The notes under the pieces were generated by a model, which saw only the letters and a list, made by a program, of their open reading frames with translations, ran no database searches and was not told where the DNA came from. From Chloroflexota bacterium (lineage in GTDB: Bacteria > Desulfobacterota > Binatia > UBA9968), in assembly GCA_050257635.1 (NCBI GenBank), contig JBLMXG010000023.1, positions 82,983-146,982 on the forward strand: a stretch of DNA of 64,000 nucleotides, given 5' to 3'. The position numbers were made by a program, and so were the translations under genes. Below are positions 51,967 through 59,869 of the stretch, piece after piece (position 1 is the stretch's first letter; each line of letters begins with the position of its first letter).

Positions 51967-52143
51967 CTAGCTTCGACGAGGAGTTGCCTCACTAAAATCC
52001 AGCCGGGCGCGTGCACAGAGGTGGTGCGGGCGGGCCATGTCAAGGCAGGAGCCGACAATATTGTACAAACGACGGCGGGATTTGGTCATTTCGTCGCAGG
52101 CAGAACAGTGGCGCCCGTGCATGCTTCGCGGCATCAGAGTCAT
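51967..52143 (-). CDS. possible 58-aa Cys/His-rich small protein
   Basis: Hand translation: MTLMPRSMHGRHCSACDEMTKSRRRLYNIVGSCLDMARPHHLCARARLDFSEATPRRS. Contains a CxxC pair and a second Cys pair. No Shine-Dalgarno sequence. Below the ORF-track cutoff. Confidence 0.2.
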   Translation of the reverse strand: MTLMPRSMHGRHCSACDEMTKSRRRLYNIVGSCLDMARPHHLCARARLDFSEATPRRS

Positions 52144-52588
52144 CGGAGAAGTTGAATTGTTTTTGCCGAGGCGGCTCCACCGAGAATGGCGGCGAAGCCT
52201 GCCCGCGGTGCTTCGTGCTTATTGGGCGCAGTGAATTTTGCTCTGGGCGAGCAAGGAGTGCGTTAGCTCTTGCTCGTGATCAGGCCGGAGTGGCGGAAAT
52301 TGCGGGGGTGAATTTGTGCGGATTCGGGTTCTTATTTTCGACACTATAATTTCCTTTTCGCCGCGGCCGGCGCCGCTTTACGGATTCTCTCGTTGCCGCG
52401 ATCGAAGCGTCTAGCGCTCAAAAGGCCGTCGAGAGGGTTGCCCAACGCTGACAAAACTCGGTACGAAATTTCTCGCAAAGCAAACGGGGTTAATGCACTA
52501 GAGGGGGTTTGTTTTGTTACCGCCGTTGAGTTTTTCTGGTATGACCATTTATGGTCGTGTACTCATCATGAACTAGGAGGATATTGGA

Positions 52589-53350
52589 ATGGTTGCCTGG
52601 CGTGCGCGCATTGGTTTAATCAAGCCGACCCATCGCGGCAAGTCGTTCGCCTATTGGTACAAGCACGCGCCCGAAGGTGTCGAGATCGTGCCGACCTTCA
52701 TCGGCTTTCGCAGCGAGCGGCGCGAGAGCTTTCTCGAAGGCTTCAAAAAAGCCGAAGAGCTAGCTGTTCAATTGAAGGAAGTCGGCTGCGATATCATTTC
52801 GATCAGTGGCACGCCGCCGTTTCTGCTGAAAGGGCTCGATTTCGAGCGGCGATGGGCGCGTGAACTGTCAGAGAAAATCGGTTTGCCGGTGGTGACGCCG
52901 ATGGAGCCCCATGCAATCGCTCTGCGGGCTCTCGGTGTAAAGAAAGTGGCGGTGGCGACCTATTATGGCCGTGAGCTCAATCAAGCGATCGTTGAATATT
53001 TTTCCCACTTCGGTATCGAATCGGAGCTGATGCCCGGTTTAAGCATGACCGGGCAAAGCTCGGGCTTGTACACGACCTCGCTTGCTGCTCTGGATGAAGT
53101 TTCGCACATGGATGTCTACCGCCATTGCAAGCAAGGACTGGCAAGGCTGCCGTCGGCACAAGCGGTTTATATCAATGGCGGTGGTTGGGACGCGGCGCCG
53201 GCTATCGATTATCTGGAGCGTGATCTCAAGGTCAAAGTCGTATGGGCGTTGGCGGCGGAGATGTGGCTTACCTATCACATGCTCAAGATCGAAAATCCGA
53301 TCATCGGCGGTGGCGCCTTGCTGAGCGGGAATTACGCGCCCGCAATGTGA
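52589..53350 (+). CDS. arylmalonate decarboxylase / maleate isomerase-like protein (Asp/Glu racemase superfamily), both catalytic Cys positions are Gly
   Basis: AGGAGGA RBS. Collinear with Bordetella AMDase as I recall it: IISISGTPPF vs VVSLMGTSLSF, LPVVTPMEPHAIALRALGVKKVAVATYY vs LPCTTMSTAVLNGLRALGVRRVALATAY, and VYINGGGWDAAPAIDYLERDLKVKVV vs ILLSCGGLLTLDAIPEVERRLGVPVV. Confidence 0.8.
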   Translation: MVAWRARIGLIKPTHRGKSFAYWYKHAPEGVEIVPTFIGFRSERRESFLEGFKKAEELAVQLKEVGCDIISISGTPPFLLKGLDFERRWARELSEKIGLPVVTPMEPHAIALRALGVKKVAVATYYGRELNQAIVEYFSHFGIESELMPGLSMTGQSSGLYTTSLAALDEVSHMDVYRHCKQGLARLPSAQAVYINGGGWDAAPAIDYLERDLKVKVVWALAAEMWLTYHMLKIENPIIGGGALLSGNYAPAM

Positions 53351-53380
53351 CTCAGTTTTTACAACAAAAGGAGATTCACG

Positions 53381-53515
53381 ATGAGCCAGATCGATTGGGC
53401 AAAACCCTACGCGGCGATGGACCAGCGCGTCGAATTAAAATATGAGCAATTGCCGAGCGGCGAGCAGATGGGCAAAAGGGAAGCGGCGCCGGTGACCCCC
53501 GCAAAATCGGTGTGA
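53381..53515 (+). CDS. 44-aa micro-ORF with strong Shine-Dalgarno
   Basis: AAAGGAGA lies 6 nt upstream of the ATG. Translation: MSQIDWAKPYAAMDQRVELKYEQLPSGEQMGKREAAPVTPAKSV. Sits 30 nt after the AMDase-like stop. Not in the ORF track (<60 aa). Confidence 0.45.
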   Translation: MSQIDWAKPYAAMDQRVELKYEQLPSGEQMGKREAAPVTPAKSV

Positions 53516-53746
53516 ACAAAACGCGGGCGGCAGCCGAAATAGTTTCTTCATCGTTCGGCCGGCGGTGCGCGAAGTTTTCGACCTATGCGAAAACTTGCCC
53601 GCTGGATTTCCCCTTTGACCCTGGGGTCTGGGCGAGTTAGGCGACCCCGTCCCGATGGGCGGCAAAACGCGGAGTTGAAATTCGGGTTCGGCGGGCAATC
53701 GCGGAGCGGTCGTTTGTCCTTAAAATCGAGGTTTGCAGGAGAGGCC

Positions 53747-54544
53747 ATGGAGATTTTCGACATTCATCATCATCTCGGTTCGCTAAGCGGAGGCAGCCTT
53801 CAAGAAAGCCACGGCTGGCAAGAGCGCGATTACGCCAATCGAGTGCAGATCATGGACGCCAACGGCGTGACACTGGCGGCGATCCTGGCCGCCACGGGAT
53901 ATATCCAGGCGGACGGTATCAAGGACACTATGCGCTGCAACGACAGCGTGGCGGTTTACCGTAGGCTCGACCCGAAGCGTTTTCCAGTGGCCTGCGGTAT
54001 CGTCGAGCCGCTCCATGGCCCGCGCTCTCTGGGAGAGCTCGAACGGATCAAATATGAGTTGGGGCTTAACGGAGTGGTCTGGCACAACCGGTTTCAGGGT
54101 TTGGCGGTCGACCACCCGCTTATGCGGCCGTTGCTCAAGAAGGTAAGAGATCTCGGCCTGGTGCCGCTGATCCACACCAATGCGGAATCGAACCTCGAAG
54201 CGGTATGGCGACTAGAGCGTCTCGCGTTGGAATTCCCTGAGCTCACGCTGGTGGCGTTGGATGCCCTGACCACCAATACCAACAGCCAACTGGCGCTCGA
54301 CATCGCCAAGCGCACGCCAAATATTCTTTTCGATACGGCCCATGTGCGCGGCGCGGGCTTCCTGCGTCAGTTCGTCGAAGCCGTGGGCTCGCACCGGCTG
54401 ATCTTCGGCAGCCTGTTTTACTCGCAACCGGCGAGCTATGAGCACTGCGCTACGCTGGAGCTGATCCGCATGGCGAAGATTACCGACGCCGACAAGGAAA
54501 ATATTCTCGCACTCAACGCCAAGCGGCTGTTCCAATTGGTATGA
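53747..54544 (+). CDS. amidohydrolase_2 family metal-dependent hydrolase/decarboxylase (ACMSD-like TIM barrel)
   Basis: MEIFDIHHHLGS (HxH metal motif at the N-terminus), a later LIHTN, and DTAH. GCAGGAGAGG RBS. The track ORF opens at 53585, but that extension is Arg-rich and not protein-like. Confidence 0.82.
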   Translation: MEIFDIHHHLGSLSGGSLQESHGWQERDYANRVQIMDANGVTLAAILAATGYIQADGIKDTMRCNDSVAVYRRLDPKRFPVACGIVEPLHGPRSLGELERIKYELGLNGVVWHNRFQGLAVDHPLMRPLLKKVRDLGLVPLIHTNAESNLEAVWRLERLALEFPELTLVALDALTTNTNSQLALDIAKRTPNILFDTAHVRGAGFLRQFVEAVGSHRLIFGSLFYSQPASYEHCATLELIRMAKITDADKENILALNAKRLFQLV

Positions 54545-54680
54545 AGGCGGGCCTCAGCCGCCCGATCGCAGCAAAGATTTCGATTGAGATACAGGCGCAT
54601 TTGGAGTTACTGTTTGGGGGAATTGGACGGCCTATGGATTGCGTTGAATGACATGATGGCTGCCACAAAAGGAGTTCGTT

Positions 54681-55112
54681 ATGCCGATCGTAAAAAGGAT
54701 TCTCGCGCCGACGGATTTCTCCGAGCTCTCGGCCAAGGGCGTACGTTACGCGTTTCAAACGGCCAAGGAAATAGGCGCGGAAGTCGTGGTACTCAACGTT
54801 GTGGTACTCGATGAGACCAACAGCGTCCGCAAACCGGAGATGGAGCAGCACAAACAGCGGCTTGCGGACTTCGTCGCCAAAAACAGCGCCGATCTCGGTG
54901 CCGATTTGAAAATTCGCCAGATTGTCGACCCTGGCCAACCCTACGGTGCCATCGTCAGTTGCGCGGAGAACGAGCAGATCGACTTGATCGTTATATCCAG
55001 CCATGGGCGCACCGGCCTTTCCCGCATGTTGATCGGCAGCGTCACCGATAAAGTTCTACGGGGTGCCCCCTGTCCGATTCTCGTGGTCCCGTCCGGTCCG
55101 GCAAAGTCCTAA
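54681..55112 (+). CDS. universal stress protein (UspA family)
   Basis: ILAPTDFSE, DLIVISSHGRTGLSRMLIGSVTDKVLRGAPCPILVV (ATP-binding G-2x-G-9x-GS motif). Confidence 0.92.
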   Translation: MPIVKRILAPTDFSELSAKGVRYAFQTAKEIGAEVVVLNVVVLDETNSVRKPEMEQHKQRLADFVAKNSADLGADLKIRQIVDPGQPYGAIVSCAENEQIDLIVISSHGRTGLSRMLIGSVTDKVLRGAPCPILVVPSGPAKS

Positions 55113-55256
55113 GCGAGCGCGCCGCTGAGGCTTTGGCGGGCCCGGATCTTTCCAAGCGGCATCGGCGGCAGCATCAAAGGGTTCCGTTAGAGCGAAGTTG
55201 CGTCGTTCGCGAATTAAGTCCGAGGCCAAATTTCTCGGTCCTGATTCGACAAGCTC

Positions 55257-55931
55257 ATGTCCGTAAGGTTTGCTAAAAGAATTTACGACGACGGAGGGCG
55301 CATAATCTCGCCATTAATGTTAATGAATCGAACCGCAGCTATTTTCTTGCTGATGTTTTCGGGGTTGTTGCTCTGCCGCGGCGACCGGCTTTTAGCCGCG
55401 CAAAAGGCGTCGGTTCAGCTTGCCTTGCTGAAGATCGACAAAAGCTACGAGAAAAGAACCGTAATTAGAAAATCGACGATTCCCAACGCCGGCAACGGTC
55501 TGTTCGCCGCGGTAAAAATCAAAAAAGGCGAAGTCATCGGCGAGCTCGGCGGCCGGCTGGTGACCCCCGAGGCGATCCCAAAGGATACCCATTACCTGGC
55601 GGGGCTTCCGGAGTGTGCTTGGGAAAAGGCCGCGCCGTACCGGTATATCGACAGCAAGGAATACGGCGCTCATGTGAGCCGGATCAATTTCGCGCCGCAA
55701 AAAATCAACGGCATCGACACGCATTTTCAAAACGCCGCGATCAAGCAGCTCTGCCAGCAGCCTTACTTTATATTTGTCGCTTTGCGCGACATCGAACCGG
55801 GGGAGGAGATTTGGTCGAGCTATGGACCGCACTACGATTACGATCGGTTCATGCGTCTGCCGGCGGTGCGGGATTTCTTCTGCGCTTTGGCAAAGATCGA
55901 TTGCCGACAAAAATATGAATTTGAATCGTAA
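55257..55931 (+). CDS. SET domain-containing protein with N-terminal signal/TM segment
   Basis: IRKSTIPNAGNGLFAAVKIKKGEVIGELGGRLV (SET N-region), SRINFAP (NHS-like region), and GEEIWSSYGPHY (ELxxxY C-region). The hydrophobic segment AAIFLLMFSGLLLC lies near the N-terminus. Start uncertain. Confidence 0.75.
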   Translation: MSVRFAKRIYDDGGRIISPLMLMNRTAAIFLLMFSGLLLCRGDRLLAAQKASVQLALLKIDKSYEKRTVIRKSTIPNAGNGLFAAVKIKKGEVIGELGGRLVTPEAIPKDTHYLAGLPECAWEKAAPYRYIDSKEYGAHVSRINFAPQKINGIDTHFQNAAIKQLCQQPYFIFVALRDIEPGEEIWSSYGPHYDYDRFMRLPAVRDFFCALAKIDCRQKYEFES

Positions 55932-56261
55932 GCGGCGATTGTCCTCCTACGATCGCGAATAGGTACGATCCGGTCCGTCGACTGTGTGGTGGCGAATTTT
56001 TGCGCTGTAGTATTTCCGTCGGTTGAGGACCAAGGCGATCAACGATCGCTGGTTCACCCGCGGGGCAAAAAAGTTGGACTGCAGCTGGGTTCCGCCTTGC
56101 GAGGGTCCTGACCCCAATTTTTTCAACTTGCGAATGACCGGGTTGTTTCCGGAGTGGTGATAAACCGGGAGTTACTTTTAAATACCGATCAGTTATGTCA
56201 TAGAGAGGGCGTTGCGGAGGACACAAGTTCCGAGGCAACAAATCCAAGCAAGGAGCAACCC

Positions 56262-57170
56262 GTGGCTTTTCAAACGATCGGCATCATGAGCATTGGCGAG
56301 ATGGGCTTTCACTGGGCCAAGCTTTTAAAGAGCCACGGCGTGGCGGTGTTGACTTACGACCGGGACCGCGGTGAGGTGAGCCGCAAGCGCGGCGAGAACG
56401 CCGGCGTCACATCGGTGGCATCGATGGCGGAACTAGTCAGGAGCGCCGATCTGATTGTTTCCATCGTCGTGCCTTCCGCTGCCAAACGGGTGGCGGTCAA
56501 CGTTGCCAAGGCAGTAAAAAAAGTCGGACGCAAGGATCTTTTATTTCTTGACGCTAATGCGATTTCACCGATGACCGCAGATGCCATCGCCAAAGTGCTC
56601 AAGCCCGCTGCGGTGAATTTTGTCGACGGCTGTATCATCGGCTCAGCGGCAAAAATGGGCAAAGGGACAATTGTTTATGGTTCCGGCCCGGAGGCGAGCC
56701 GACTTAAGGCACTCGAGCCGTTCAATATTCCAGTCAAGGTGCTAGGTCCTAGTACCAATCAGGCGTCGGCTTTCAAAGTGGTTTACGCCGGACTCACCAA
56801 AGGGCTGCAAGGACTTTTCTGCGAGCTGTTGATGGGAGCGCGCCACTTCGGTCTGCTCGAAGAGTTGAAGGCTCAGTACGAGGAGAGCTTTCCCGGGCTG
56901 CTCGACAAGGTAGCGCCTTCGATCGTTGGCTTGCGCATTCATGCTGGCCGGCGCGCCGAAGAGATGGACGAGCTCAAGCGGACATTCAATCACCACGGGA
57001 TGAAGTCATTCATGGCGCCGGCGGTGCAAAAGGTTTTGCAAGCGATCGCCGCCCTCGAAGCGGGGCAGGCCTCGGCGAGCGGCGCGCGCGAGGGAGATCT
57101 GCCGGAAACCCTGGAGTTGTTTTACCAAAAGGGTCTGCTGCAAATGCGTCCGGAAGCGGAGAATTCTTGA
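56262..57170 (+). CDS. NAD(P)-binding 6-phosphogluconate-dehydrogenase-like oxidoreductase (DUF1932-type C-terminus)
   Basis: IGIMSIGEMGFHWAKLL Rossmann N-terminus. AAGGAG lies 6 nt upstream of GTG 56262. The track ORF opens at 56154. Confidence 0.7.
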   Translation: MAFQTIGIMSIGEMGFHWAKLLKSHGVAVLTYDRDRGEVSRKRGENAGVTSVASMAELVRSADLIVSIVVPSAAKRVAVNVAKAVKKVGRKDLLFLDANAISPMTADAIAKVLKPAAVNFVDGCIIGSAAKMGKGTIVYGSGPEASRLKALEPFNIPVKVLGPSTNQASAFKVVYAGLTKGLQGLFCELLMGARHFGLLEELKAQYEESFPGLLDKVAPSIVGLRIHAGRRAEEMDELKRTFNHHGMKSFMAPAVQKVLQAIAALEAGQASASGAREGDLPETLELFYQKGLLQMRPEAENS

Positions 57171-57241
57171 TCCAGCTCTAGCCACGGGACCCAATTCTTG
57201 GTATGGAGTGCAGAACATAAATTTGTGGGAGGAGCAGACCC

Positions 57242-59011
57242 GTGTCCCGAGTAGAAAAAAAGCAACCCCAATACGGTTCCGACGTCGTTGTCGATTTGAT
57301 GAAAGCCTTTGATATCGAGTATGCCGCGTTTAACCCAGGCGCAACCTTTCGAGGAATTCACGATTCCATCGTTAACTACGGCGGTAACTACAAACCGGAA
57401 GTGATCTTCTGCCATCACGAAGAAATTTCCGTGGCGGTAGCGCATGGCTACGCCAAGGCGAAAAACAAACCGATGATCGCTATCGTGCACAACATGGTTG
57501 GGCTGCAGCATGCCAGCATGGCGATCTTCAACGCCTATATCGATCGAGTGCCGATGATGGTGCTCGGTGGTACCGGACCGATGAACTCCAAACGGCGCCG
57601 CCCGCGCATCGACTGGATCCACACCGCGCTGGTGCAGGGCAACCAGGTGCGCGATTACACCAAATGGGATGATCAGCCCTACTCGTTGGCGGATGTGCCT
57701 GATTCGTTCATCCGCGGTTACCGGATTGCCACCACCGACCCGACAGCCCCCGTTTATATCAACTACGACGCCGACATTCAGGAAGACGCGCTCACCGCTC
57801 CGTTCGAGATCCCCGATGTGAATCGTTATTCGACGCCGGCCCCGATGCAGGCGAACCCGGAATCGCTGCGCCGCGCTGCCGAGCTCCTGGTCAACGCGCA
57901 AAACCCTTTGATCATCGCTGACAGCCTGGGACGCAATCCGAGAACGGTGCCCGCGTTAATTCAGTTGGCCGAACTGTTGGCCGCGCCGGTGGTGGACAAG
58001 GGCGGGCGCTTCAATTTTCCTTCGAGTCATCCTCTGGATGCGACCGACGGCGCGCGGGAGCTTCTACAAAAAACCGATTTTATCCTGGCCCTCGACGTGG
58101 CTGATCTATTCGGTTCGCTTACCACGGTGAGCAAACAGACCCGCAACTGCGAATACGTTACTTCGCCTTCGGTGAAAATCGCGGCGATTTCGATGAACGA
58201 CATGCTGGTCCACTCCTGGGCCAATGACTACCAGGCACTGCAGCCGATCGATGTGCCGATGAGCGCTGACACCGCGGTGGCAGTGCCGGAATTGACGCGG
58301 CTTTGCCGCGAGCTGCTTGGTCATGACGCCAAGAAAAAAGCCGTCATCGAGGCGCGCCAGAAGGAATTGACGGAAAAGCACAAGAACCGCCGAGCCAAGT
58401 GGCGCGCCGACGCCGAGGCCAAGGGCTCGCAGAAAGAAATCTCCACCGCCTGGTTGGGATTGGAGGTAGGTGAGGCGGTGAGGAAGGAAGACTGGGTGCT
58501 AGTCAACGGCACCTCCAACGGTTGGACGCGGCGCCTTTGGGATTTCACCAAGCCCAATCAATCTCTCGGCGGCAGCGGCGGCGCCGGTCTCGGTTACGGT
58601 CCCGGCGCGTCCATAGGTGCGGCGCTCGCGCTTAAAGGCACCGGCCAGCTCGCTGTAGCGATTCAGTCCGACGGCGATATGCTGATGACTTCGAGCGCTC
58701 TGTGGACCGCGGCGAAACATCGTATTCCGCTCTTGATGGTCATGCACAACAACCAGTCCTATTACAATTCCGAGGAGCACGGTATCGAAGTCGCCAAGTT
58801 CCGCAAACGCCCGGTGGAAAATGCAGGGATCGGCACCCACGTGGATGACCCGGCCATCGATTTCGCGACTATGGCAAAGTCGTTCGGCGTGCAGGGCGAA
58901 GGGCCCGTGACTCGCCCGGCCGACCTGCGGCCAGCCATCGAGCGCGGCGTGAAATACGTCAAAGAAAAACAGTTGCCGTATTTGGTGGACGTCATCGCCG
59001 AACCACGCTAA
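57242..59011 (+). CDS. thiamine diphosphate-dependent enzyme (acetolactate synthase / benzoylformate decarboxylase superfamily)
   Basis: N-terminal Pyr domain with a catalytic Glu (HHEEISVAVAHGYA), and a C-terminal ThDP motif SDGDMLM...MHNNQSY. GGAGGAG RBS. Confidence 0.88.
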   Translation: MSRVEKKQPQYGSDVVVDLMKAFDIEYAAFNPGATFRGIHDSIVNYGGNYKPEVIFCHHEEISVAVAHGYAKAKNKPMIAIVHNMVGLQHASMAIFNAYIDRVPMMVLGGTGPMNSKRRRPRIDWIHTALVQGNQVRDYTKWDDQPYSLADVPDSFIRGYRIATTDPTAPVYINYDADIQEDALTAPFEIPDVNRYSTPAPMQANPESLRRAAELLVNAQNPLIIADSLGRNPRTVPALIQLAELLAAPVVDKGGRFNFPSSHPLDATDGARELLQKTDFILALDVADLFGSLTTVSKQTRNCEYVTSPSVKIAAISMNDMLVHSWANDYQALQPIDVPMSADTAVAVPELTRLCRELLGHDAKKKAVIEARQKELTEKHKNRRAKWRADAEAKGSQKEISTAWLGLEVGEAVRKEDWVLVNGTSNGWTRRLWDFTKPNQSLGGSGGAGLGYGPGASIGAALALKGTGQLAVAIQSDGDMLMTSSALWTAAKHRIPLLMVMHNNQSYYNSEEHGIEVAKFRKRPVENAGIGTHVDDPAIDFATMAKSFGVQGEGPVTRPADLRPAIERGVKYVKEKQLPYLVDVIAEPR

Positions 59012-59025
59012 CTCACAGGGCCACA

Positions 59026-59859
59026 TTGGCTCACGATCCTTATCGCGAATTTCGTCAGGCCGTCGACCGAGGCGATGAGAAAATCGACCTCGGTCGCGCG
59101 GCCTTGGCGATCGCCTTAAACGAATATCCCAATTTGGATATCTCGGCTTGCCTGGCGTGCATCGATGCGCTTGCGGTGGAAGTTGTCAGTCGCCGCGCCG
59201 CCGGCAGCGACGTTTATCAATCGATTGCCGCGCTCAATTACGTGTTGTTTCGACAGCATGGTTTTCACGGCAACCGAGACGATTATTATGATCCCAAAAA
59301 CAGCTTCCTGAACGAGGTCCTCGTGCGCAAAACTGGCATTCCGATCACACTGTCTTTGCTATACATGGAAGTGGCGCAGCGCATCGGACTGGCGCTCGAC
59401 GGCGTCGGTTTTCCCGGCCATTTTCTGGTTAAGTGCGCTGACGATGGCGCGGAAATCATCATTGATCCCTTTAATAAGGGCGAGATTAAATCGCGCGGGG
59501 ATCTGGGCCGGATGCTAGAAAACCTGTACGGGAGCGCGATTGGACTCCGGCCCGACTTTCTCAAACCGGCGAGCAAAACAGAGATCCTCAAGCGCATGCT
59601 CGGGAATCTGAAAGCGATTTATTTGAAAGCCAACGACCTGGTAAAGCTGCTCGCGGTGCTCGACAGAGCGATCATTTTGGCGCCCGCGGCCTCTGAGGAA
59701 GTCCGGGACCGCGGATTCGTTTATCTAAGGCTGGAGTGTTATCCGCAGGCGCGCGCGGATTTCGAGACCTATTTACTCTTGGCACCGCAGGCCGACGACG
59801 CCGGAGCGGTGCGCGAGCAACTGGTCAGCCTGGCAAACCAGGTGACGTCTATCCACTAG
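59026..59859 (+). CDS. SirB1-like transglutaminase-fold + TPR protein
   Basis: ALNYVLFRQHGFHGNRDDYYDPKNSFLNEVLVRKTGIPITLSLLYMEVAQRIGL is the SirB1 N-domain signature, followed by a C-terminal TPR-like region. Confidence 0.8.
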   Translation: MAHDPYREFRQAVDRGDEKIDLGRAALAIALNEYPNLDISACLACIDALAVEVVSRRAAGSDVYQSIAALNYVLFRQHGFHGNRDDYYDPKNSFLNEVLVRKTGIPITLSLLYMEVAQRIGLALDGVGFPGHFLVKCADDGAEIIIDPFNKGEIKSRGDLGRMLENLYGSAIGLRPDFLKPASKTEILKRMLGNLKAIYLKANDLVKLLAVLDRAIILAPAASEEVRDRGFVYLRLECYPQARADFETYLLLAPQADDAGAVREQLVSLANQVTSIH

Positions 59860-59869
59860 CCGGCGTGCG

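Noticed and set aside
53585-53746. The N-terminal 54-aa extension of the amidohydrolase ORF in the track
   Set aside because: The extension is Arg/Gly/Ser-rich (RKLARWISPLTLGSGRVRRPRPDGRQ...). A good RBS precedes ATG 53747, which begins with the family-typical MEIFDIHHH motif.
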